Assembly: GCA_938033875.1 (NCBI GenBank)
Contig: CALHKG010000015.1
Span: 16,393-80,392 of the forward strand
Reading direction: 5' to 3'
Length of the DNA stretch: 64,000 bases
Origin: an uncultured Candidatus Saccharibacteria bacterium
Lineage (GTDB): Bacteria; Patescibacteriota; Saccharimonadia; Saccharimonadales; Saccharimonadaceae
Both the position numbers and the translations under genes were made by a program. The notes under the pieces were generated by a model. It saw nothing but the letters and a program-made list of their open reading frames with translations, had not been told where the DNA came from and did no database searches. Below, in pieces: positions 42,100 to 48,979 of the stretch. The first letter of the stretch is position 1. Each line of letters begins with the position of its first letter.

Positions 42100-42355
42100 G
42101 GTTGCAAATATCTTGGAAAAAGCCTTTGATACGCCGCGAGTGGCATTGATTTTTGAAGGGACGGGTGTGGCGCACGTTCATGCCAAGTTGGTGCCGCTGC
42201 ATGGCGATCTGGCTAGCCAAACTGATGTGTGGAGTAAAGAGACTGAGTTTAGTGAAGTGTATCGTGGCTGGCTAACGACTGCAGAAGGTCCAAAAATGGA
42301 TGACGCTCAATTGGATGAAATTCAGGCACGAATTTTAGCCGTGCAAGGTAAATAG
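41897..42355 (+). CDS. HIT family protein (variant triad H-V-H-A-K)
   Basis: 152 aa. HIT-like N-terminus (IFDDIVSGK...FLAFL.PFPNTPG..VVIPK) and AHVHAKLVP in place of HxHxHxx. Confidence 0.78.
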   Translation: MNHTIFDDIVSGKMKSWKIWEDEKFLAFLTPFPNTPGFTVVIPKQNPGDYVFSLDDNLYSEMMQAVKKVANILEKAFDTPRVALIFEGTGVAHVHAKLVPLHGDLASQTDVWSKETEFSEVYRGWLTTAEGPKMDDAQLDEIQARILAVQGK

Positions 42356-42362
42356 TAATTTT

Positions 42363-43358
42363 CTATTTTGATCCTAATTTTACGTCTTTTCCTTCGTACA
42401 TATTCAAATAGAACGGATATAATTTGTCGGCGTGCTTTTTAACCTCGTCTTGGTTTAAGGCTACAATGTCGTGACCGATACCAAATGAGGCCGGAATTGA
42501 ATAATATTGGAATTTGGCGCCAGAAACTGCAGCCATTTGCTTAGGTATGTTGACTGCGAGATTTTTATCAATTGCGGTGTCGTTTTCGCTCGTTACAACC
42601 CCGACGTATTTTAATCCTGGAGCTTTGAGGTCGGATTTATAGTTCTTTGCGATTATTATATATTTTCCGAGGGCGCGGTATGACAAATTGCTACCTGTGA
42701 ACGAATCTGGGAGAATATTTCGTCCGTAAAGATTTCGTAAAAGCGGAATTTTCCAGGAAGGAGTTTCTGACGCTGAAGGCTGATAAAAAGGTGATAGAAA
42801 TAGCGCTCGTGATATCGTCTGGCTATTGTACTGAGTAATCCAGGTTGCCATATTGGCGCCACCAGAAAGCCCTACAACGCCCACTTCATCGCCCAGGCCG
42901 CTGATAATACTGGTATTGGAATTCATAAACTGCGCCATTGCTGGAATGGTAATTTCTCCGTGTCGTTTGTTGTCTGTCAGACCGTGACTGGGGACGCGGG
43001 GAATATAGACGTTATAGCCGGCATTGAAAAAGGTGTCGCCCAAGTCTGCGAATTGCTGTGGGCATGCGCTTACGCCATGAATCATCATGACGGCTTTGGT
43101 GGTTTTTTTGCCATGGGTTTTAATAATCGATCGGCATTCTGGTCTAACGTCGGTATTTGAAGTGTCTTCACTAACAGTACGATTTGCAGCGGCGATGGCG
43201 TCGTCATAGCTCAATTTTTCAGAGCTCGAAGATTGCAATTGCTTGGATGTTGCTGGCCAAAAGAAAGCTGCGGCGACTAGTAAGGCGGCTATAATGACAA
43301 TTGAGCAGACTGCCCAAATAGTAATTTTTACGATGCGATTTTTTCGTGAAGTATTCAT
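42363..43358 (-). CDS. Alpha/beta hydrolase, membrane-anchored
   Basis: Nucleophile elbow GLSGG, N-terminal TM. Start set to ATG 43358 (MNTSRKN) because the longer ORF would overlap the upstream CYTH gene by 80 nt. Confidence 0.62.
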   Translation of the reverse strand: MNTSRKNRIVKITIWAVCSIVIIAALLVAAAFFWPATSKQLQSSSSEKLSYDDAIAAANRTVSEDTSNTDVRPECRSIIKTHGKKTTKAVMMIHGVSACPQQFADLGDTFFNAGYNVYIPRVPSHGLTDNKRHGEITIPAMAQFMNSNTSIISGLGDEVGVVGLSGGANMATWITQYNSQTISRALFLSPFYQPSASETPSWKIPLLRNLYGRNILPDSFTGSNLSYRALGKYIIIAKNYKSDLKAPGLKYVGVVTSENDTAIDKNLAVNIPKQMAAVSGAKFQYYSIPASFGIGHDIVALNQDEVKKHADKLYPFYLNMYEGKDVKLGSK

Positions 43359-43410
43359 GGGTATATTATATTGGTTGCGAGTGGAGTTGTGAAGTTTTGT
43401 AGCGGTTTTC

Positions 43411-43977
43411 TTAATAACCCATGCAAATATCCCGATAAGGTCGCGTTGCAATTTCCATTGAATCCAGGCCGAGTTTGGTTTCAACTTCACTAATCGTCAT
43501 CAGCGCACTAGCCTCATCATCTGACAAAACTTCAACTTCTACGAAAGTCCCGGCGTCTTTGATTGCGTCGATAGCTACCGTTGCCTGCGGAAAATCAGAG
43601 GACTGAAACGAGCGACGGTATTTGTTGACCTCGACCAGTTGCATCATACCGAGGTTTGCCAGTAGCTGCTTGGCGGTTGCCGCATCTTCAGGCTGAATTG
43701 GTAGGTTTGTCTCGGGCTTGATGATTACATTATTCTCCGCATGCGTCGCAGCGGTCGTTGCTGGCTTATATGTTACCTCAGCAAAACTATCACGCTGGCG
43801 AATCCGCAAGCATTCAATCGTTTGCATAAAATCGACATCAGGACGAGAATAATACGTATCAATTTCGCGGAGACTACTCTTTAGCTCAAAACCGATGTTT
43901 TGCAACCGCCCGATTAGCTCTTCAATATTGCCCGTTAGTTGGCGCTTGCGTTCGATTTCTAGTAGTTTTTTGGTCAT
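43411..43977 (-). CDS. CYTH-domain protein (class IV adenylate cyclase / triphosphatase family)
   Basis: 188 aa. N-terminal ExExK (LEIERKRQL). Size and pattern of CyaB/ThTPase tunnel enzymes. Confidence 0.78.
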   Translation of the reverse strand: MTKKLLEIERKRQLTGNIEELIGRLQNIGFELKSSLREIDTYYSRPDVDFMQTIECLRIRQRDSFAEVTYKPATTAATHAENNVIIKPETNLPIQPEDAATAKQLLANLGMMQLVEVNKYRRSFQSSDFPQATVAIDAIKDAGTFVEVEVLSDDEASALMTISEVETKLGLDSMEIATRPYRDICMGY

Positions 43978-44062
43978 TTGATAGCCTTTCTTATGGAAGT
44001 GTAGATATTTGAATATTTATTTATATGATGGTTTAATTATAGCAAGAAAGGCGAATAATTTT

Positions 44063-44401
44063 ATGACTACACACCAATTAAAATTGGCGACCGAGCCGTT
44101 TAATGCTATTATTTCTGGCAATAAGACTATCGAGTCGCGATTATATGACGCCAAACGACAGAAAATCCAGATTGGGGATCGGATTATTTTTACAAATAGA
44201 GATAATTCCGAGCAAACTGTTACCGCTGAGGTTGTTGGTTTGCTGAGATACGCGACATTTCGTGACTTATTTTTCCACAATAATCTGCGAAAGTTCGGCG
44301 GTGATAATGTCGAATGGTTAGAAAATCAAATTTCTGAATTTTATTCTCTCAGCGACCAGCTGGAAAATGGCGTGATAGGTATCGAATTTGAAATATTTTA
44401 A
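44063..44401 (+). CDS. ASCH-domain protein (native composition)
   Basis: 112 aa. ASCH pattern (L..EPF.AI.SG.KT.E.RLYD.KRQ.I..GD.I.F). Start at ATG 44063 after AGAAAGG. Confidence 0.72.
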   Translation: MTTHQLKLATEPFNAIISGNKTIESRLYDAKRQKIQIGDRIIFTNRDNSEQTVTAEVVGLLRYATFRDLFFHNNLRKFGGDNVEWLENQISEFYSLSDQLENGVIGIEFEIF

Positions 44402-44466
44402 TGATATAATAATGACCATCCTATCAGGCTACACTAAAAATCGTAGTCATCACAGGAAGGTGTACT

Positions 44467-45804
44467 ATGACTGAAGCGCTAGTCAATGATATCATTGTAC
44501 GTCCGGCAAGGGCGGACGATTTCGATTTCGTCGCGGATCTTATGATCCGGGCGCTCACACCGTTTTATGACGGTGACCACTACGCACACGCACGGCGTAT
44601 CTTTGATACGCACATGGCAGGCGGTGTTGACCGCGTCGGCCAGTTCTCGGCCGGACAGCACATGTTCATCGCCGAGAGTGATGGGCAACCCGTGGGTGTC
44701 ATTCATGTTGTCAACAAGAAACAGGGGACTGTCAAGATCAGCCCTCTCATTGTTGACACGGCATACCGAGGAAAGATGGGCGTCGGAAGCGTGTTGCTCA
44801 AGCACGCTGAAGATTTCGCCCGCAGCCTCGATGCTCGACAACTGTACTGCACTGTCGCGTCGCCGAACCAGAAGGCGCTTCAGTTCTTCCTCCGGAAGGG
44901 TTTCCTCGTCACTGGCACGGCTCGCAACCACTACAAGATGGGGGTCGATGAGCACATGCTGTACAAGCAGCTCGTTGACGAGGCGGGGTTCGACTCGCCG
45001 AATATCTCTGTGGTTCCGTTTAACGAGAGTCAGCACGCCGACAGCGCGCGAGCTCTCATCCTGTCGCAGACGAGTGACGACTTCGAAGGAGTGGACGACA
45101 GTTGGGTTGACGCCCTTTTCGCTGGCTACCGTCGTATGGAATCTGGCGACGTCAACAACAAGTTCAAGATCATCTTTGTAGCTGAGTGCAACGGTCAGGT
45201 TGTTGGTGTCGCTGGTGTGACCCCGAAGAAGGGGCAGCCTATCAAGCTGATGCCTCTCGTGGCGAAGTCGGAAGCAGCTTTTGAGGCGCTCATTATCGAC
45301 CTTCAAGGGCTGTTGGAGGATTACGGTCGCAAGCTGTACATCCACCTCGTCCCTGAGCCATGGCAGGTCGTCTGTCTCCAGCGTCACGGCTGGAGCCTGG
45401 AGGGCGTGTTCCCGGGAGGGTATGCGCCTGCCAGCGTCGTTCAGCAGTGGGGAATCAGTCTCAACAAGAAAGGAGTGTCTATGCGTAAGATGCGCATCAA
45501 GCGTCCATACTACGACGCAATCATGTCCGGCAAGAAGACTCTCGAGGTGAGAGTCGGCTATAACAGCATCAAGCGGCTGAAGGCTGGTGAGCTGCTACAG
45601 CTCGAGACCGGTCACACATCGGGCGTGGTACGGATCAAGTCGATACGTATTTACCGTAGCTTCGCCGACATGCTGGCGGCTGAGCCGTGGCAGCAGATCG
45701 TGCCGCAGGCAGAGAGCGAGAGGGAGGCTCTCCGTCTCCTTCGTAAGATCTACCCTGGCCACAAGGAGAATCTTGGTGTTCACGTCATCGAGGTTCAAAA
45801 GTAG
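44467..45804 (+). CDS. GNAT-GNAT-ASCH fusion protein, compositionally foreign (high GC)
   Basis: 445 aa. First GNAT has the acetyl-CoA motif YRGKMGVGSVLL. A second GNAT-like domain spans ~190-330. The C-terminal ~105 aa form an ASCH domain (MRIKRPYYDAIMSGKKTLEVRVGY...GELL). Hand counts of 37/60 and 33/60 G+C versus 28/60 in a uvrA line. Long spurious ORFs in other frames are typical of GC-rich DNA. Confidence 0.75.
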   Translation: MTEALVNDIIVRPARADDFDFVADLMIRALTPFYDGDHYAHARRIFDTHMAGGVDRVGQFSAGQHMFIAESDGQPVGVIHVVNKKQGTVKISPLIVDTAYRGKMGVGSVLLKHAEDFARSLDARQLYCTVASPNQKALQFFLRKGFLVTGTARNHYKMGVDEHMLYKQLVDEAGFDSPNISVVPFNESQHADSARALILSQTSDDFEGVDDSWVDALFAGYRRMESGDVNNKFKIIFVAECNGQVVGVAGVTPKKGQPIKLMPLVAKSEAAFEALIIDLQGLLEDYGRKLYIHLVPEPWQVVCLQRHGWSLEGVFPGGYAPASVVQQWGISLNKKGVSMRKMRIKRPYYDAIMSGKKTLEVRVGYNSIKRLKAGELLQLETGHTSGVVRIKSIRIYRSFADMLAAEPWQQIVPQAESEREALRLLRKIYPGHKENLGVHVIEVQK

Positions 45805-46149
45805 GACAACGAGGGAGGTGCGCATCCTCTAGGCTGGAGAAATCCACCTGAACAAATGCGAGTGACTTGGGCTAGTGTAACTGTTATCTGACTTAAGATA
45901 CAGAACAGACTATACTGTCTTTAATGAAAACACTAAAGATGAATTATTTGAAGAAATCGGTCAAGTTTGGGTTGATATTGTTGAGAATAATACACAGGAT
46001 GTCGCGTAATAAATCAAATAATACAATCGTCCTAGTGTTATCGGCATATCACATGTCTAGACCCGCATCTATTGTGTATGCTAAAATAAAACCACAAATA
46101 ACATCCGCGCGCCGTTTCGCAGCAAGAGGATGTTTATAATCTGAAAGAG

Positions 46150-46650
46150 GTGACTTTTATTAAATCCATCATCTGTAAAGACGTCTTCGGCAATCAATAT
46201 ACCGTTCCTGTTGACGAACTAAATATTCGCGTCGGCGTGTACGCGGTGATTATTGAGGATAATAAGATTCTTTTAACTCGGCAATGGGACGGATATAGCT
46301 TGATTGGCGGCGGTGTCGAGAAAGGCGAAACGATCGAGGAATCAATTGTCCGTGAAGTCAAGGAGGAAACTGGACTGACTATCACGCCAGATAAAATCAT
46401 TCACCAAGCAACCACTTTCTTCAAGCGCAACACTGAGTCGCAAGCCAATCAGTCAATCCAACTGTACTTTACCCACAGTCAGCTGCACGGGCAAATCAAT
46501 AACGACAACATAACCGACGGTGAGAAGACTTATACTAACGGCACGCCAGAATGGGTTGATCTGGATAAGATTGACGATATAAACTTTCGCCACAGCGTGG
46601 ATCTAAAAACAATTTTACAGGCGTATATTTCGCAATCTCGTACCCGCTAA
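46150..46650 (+). CDS. NUDIX hydrolase
   Basis: Nudix box GGGVEKGETIEESIVREVKEETGL. GTG start after AAAGAGG. Confidence 0.75.
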   Translation: MTFIKSIICKDVFGNQYTVPVDELNIRVGVYAVIIEDNKILLTRQWDGYSLIGGGVEKGETIEESIVREVKEETGLTITPDKIIHQATTFFKRNTESQANQSIQLYFTHSQLHGQINNDNITDGEKTYTNGTPEWVDLDKIDDINFRHSVDLKTILQAYISQSRTR

Positions 46651-46879
46651 TAGTCGAATAATAATGAAACTATCCAAACCCGTAATTATCACCGGCGAAT
46701 AATTATGTTCGAGGAGTCTACTATGGCGAGGGTAATTATGCTATAGCCCATATATATCCAGAAATTAGAGGAGATCATAAGGCTTGCTATAGGGGCAGTA
46801 AGAATGTTGGGAAGATTTATTTTAATAAAAAAAGAGCGCGCAAAGTCTGCTCGTAGTATGGGAAAATATGTCGGACAGA

Positions 46880-47293
46880 TCAAGCCTCGGATAAATGTTT
46901 TAAATAATCAATAGCATCTATATAATAAGGATCTGCGCCCTCTGGAATATTAGTATCTAATAATTCCGATAACGTCATCCAGCGGTATTTTTTATGCTCC
47001 CAGCTCAATTTAACAGGAATGTCGGCTTTATCTATAATTATCTCAAAAAGTACATGTCTTGTGTTTTTGTGCTGTCTAACAAATAGCTTTTTTAAGTCAT
47101 TTGGATATATACATATGCCAGTCTCTTCTTGCACTTCTCGCGCAGTCGCCGTCTTAGAGGTCTCTTCCGATTCTACTTCTCCTCCAGGAAAATCAAGATG
47201 CCCAGGGAAATTAGGGTGCGTGTCTCCCCTATAAAGCAGCAAATATTTACCATTTTTATTCTTAATAAGCGCTTTTGATACTGCTTTAACCAT
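46880..47293 (-). CDS. NUDIX hydrolase
   Basis: Nudix box FPGGEVESEETSKTATAREVQEETGI. 137 aa. Confidence 0.8.
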   Translation of the reverse strand: MVKAVSKALIKNKNGKYLLLYRGDTHPNFPGHLDFPGGEVESEETSKTATAREVQEETGICIYPNDLKKLFVRQHKNTRHVLFEIIIDKADIPVKLSWEHKKYRWMTLSELLDTNIPEGADPYYIDAIDYLKHLSEA

Positions 47294-47333
47294 ATTTCAA
47301 TTGTAATGAAGAAGCAATATTTGATCAATGTGA

Positions 47334-47538
47334 TGTACTGTGAACAATGAAAAGCGCCAAAAAATCCAACTTGGAGACGAAGCCACTTTTACGAATCGAG
47401 AAAACACCAGTAAGGCAGTCACTGTAAGAGTGGTTGGTTTATTGCGTTGCCAAACCCTTCAATAACCTTTTCATTCATAATAATCCTGCAAAATTTGGCG
47501 GCGTTAATATTTCATCTTCAGAATCTTTTCTCTACTAG
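47334..47538 (+). pseudogene. Decayed ASCH gene remnant (5'-truncated, frameshifted)
   Basis: Translation NEKRQKIQLGDEATFTNRENTSKAVTVRVVGLLR then, after a +1 shift, VAKPFNNLFIHNNPAKFGGVN. Collinear with residues ~30-90 of the ASCH protein at 44063 (KRQKIQIGDRIIFTNRDNSEQTVTAEVVGLLRYATFRDLFFHNNLRKFGGDN). In-frame stop at 47461-47463. Confidence 0.6.
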
Positions 47539-47552
47539 AAAATCGGCTAGAG

Positions 47553-48452
47553 CTAATAATCCAGGACTATCGTCGCCTTTACTTGTTTTAGAATTGCGTT
47601 CATGTTTGCGACGTTTATAGTTTTCGCTAGGTCATTTCTGGATAGTGGCGTAGCGGTTTGTTGATAAAAATATATGGGCACTGAAATGTAAAATGGGTCA
47701 GACGTGAAAGATTCGGCAAGGTTTTTTAGGTCGGTTGCGTGCGAGGATATGTTAAAGTTTTGTAAATATGTCTGTATAGTTTCACTTGAGCTCAGTTGAG
47801 CAAGGTCTGTATTTTTTACGGTGTAGGTTTGGCTGGTGTAATTGCCATCATAGTACGCTATAAACTTTCCTGGGCTGGACGGATAGGATGAGATTTTATC
47901 AAAACAAATGTCACGCACTAGATCTAAAAGTATTGGGTATGTGCAGAAAAATGCGGCAGTCAATTCATCGCTGGCGTCAGCAATTTCTATATCAATCTTA
48001 ACGTCTGTAAAATCCTTCGGACTATGACTGATTTTAAGAGGAGAAATCTTAGATTTTGGGTGTGAATTGCTGGGAGTGGTTTTTTGACTATCGATAAAAT
48101 ATTTTTGACAAAGAGCGAGCTGCTCTTGTAATAGCGTCATGTCTGCTATATCAATGTTGGATTGCATCTCGGCTTCTATGTGTGAGATGGACTGTTGAAT
48201 AAGAGACGCCTCAAAAGGCGTAATATCGTTGATGGTTTTTTCAAATAATGCATTAGACTCGCTTGTGAATAGTGCGGACGTAAAAAATACGCTTGATTCG
48301 CTAGTCGTGCCATCCAATTCCCCAGTGAAAGCTCGGTTGCTGCCAGCTTTTTCCGTTTCCTTTAAGAATCGCCTAATAATCAGATGCTCAAACAAGTGGC
48401 ACGTGTCGTGGTCTGCTGGTAAAGAATATGCTGAATGCAAGTTGTGGATCAT
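47553..48452 (-). CDS. Hypothetical protein with N-terminal HxxEH motif
   Basis: 299-aa ORF. HLFEH near the N-terminus resembles the inverted zincin motif of M16 peptidases, but the protein is far shorter than M16 enzymes. Assignment is tentative. Confidence 0.45.
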   Translation of the reverse strand: MIHNLHSAYSLPADHDTCHLFEHLIIRRFLKETEKAGSNRAFTGELDGTTSESSVFFTSALFTSESNALFEKTINDITPFEASLIQQSISHIEAEMQSNIDIADMTLLQEQLALCQKYFIDSQKTTPSNSHPKSKISPLKISHSPKDFTDVKIDIEIADASDELTAAFFCTYPILLDLVRDICFDKISSYPSSPGKFIAYYDGNYTSQTYTVKNTDLAQLSSSETIQTYLQNFNISSHATDLKNLAESFTSDPFYISVPIYFYQQTATPLSRNDLAKTINVANMNAILKQVKATIVLDY

Positions 48453-48493
48453 GAGTTTATTATATCAGTATGAAAGTTAGCCTAAATCTTATA
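48451..48493 (+). repeat. Orphan duplicate of the pheT promoter-proximal region and first 8 codons
   Basis: 48461-48493 matches 48971-49003 at 32/33 positions (TATATCAGTATGAAAGTTAGC[C/T]TAAATCTTATA). Weaker similarity extends back to 48451/48961. Offset 510 nt. Confidence 0.85.
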
Positions 48494-48525
48494 GGCTCGG
48501 TGGCGTGTTTGTACGAAGAAAAGCT

Positions 48526-48837
48526 TTATTTATCATAACCAAACAAACTTCCAGCTCCCGCCGCTTTATATAAAGCATTTACCGCTAAGAGTATATCGTT
48601 CTGAAGTGTTGGCTGATTGTCAATATTCTTATCATAAAAATCCCGCAATGACGCCGGATAGATTTCATCGGGCATATCGTACAGGAATGTATTCTGTAGC
48701 AGTTTCTTCTGTTCGGGTGAAATATTATTAAAAAACTCTGGATGAAAATCGTAAAACCATTCTAGGCGAGTTTGTAATTCTAGATATTTATCGTAATCCA
48801 TAGCTATATTATAATTCAGGGGATGACCCTTCTCCAA
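48526..48837 (-). CDS. Hypothetical protein
   Basis: 103-aa ORF with no recognised motif. Lies inside the 510-nt unit bounded by the pheT 5' duplication. Confidence 0.4.
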   Translation of the reverse strand: MEKGHPLNYNIAMDYDKYLELQTRLEWFYDFHPEFFNNISPEQKKLLQNTFLYDMPDEIYPASLRDFYDKNIDNQPTLQNDILLAVNALYKAAGAGSLFGYDK

Positions 48838-48979
48838 GTCTGAAGAGAGGAGTGCCTTTGAGGATTATCTCCCGCTTGTTCAAGGATGGCTGTATTTTGC
48901 CCTAGAGCAGTTTTACCTTGGTTATTTATAGTTTTCTAAGGTCGATTACCTGCCGGTAAAATGATATAATTATATCAGT

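Larger units (their letters stand above)
39520..48979. other. Accessory island inserted between pheS and pheT
   Basis: About 13 ORFs/remnants of mixed orientation and composition separate two genes that are normally adjacent. Contains internal duplication scars (40176/41885; 48451/48961). Confidence 0.6.

Noticed and set aside
43359-43490. N-terminal 44-codon extension of the alpha/beta hydrolase ORF.
   Set aside because: It would overlap the upstream CYTH gene by 80 nt. The internal ATG 43358 directly precedes the TM anchor.
44479-45387. 302-aa antisense ORF. Also +strand alternative-frame ORFs (44567-45181, 45281-45550, 45587-45832) and a second antisense ORF (45595-45825).
   Set aside because: All lie inside the high-GC GNAT-GNAT-ASCH gene. 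Long stop-free alternative frames are expected in GC-rich DNA. Only the 44467-45804 frame shows recognisable domains and an SD.
45924-46139. 71-aa ORF in the spacer after the GNAT-ASCH gene.
   Set aside because: It is Lys/Arg/Ile-rich with no SD or promoter. An alternative frame nearby (about 45910-46010) reads like an acidic C-terminal remnant (…DELFEEIGQVWVDIVENNTQDVA*), but it is too short to call.
46689-46883. 64-aa minus-strand ORF between the two convergent Nudix genes.
   Set aside because: It overlaps the 3' end of the Nudix gene at 46880-47293 by 4 nt in a terminator-like zone and has no translation signals.
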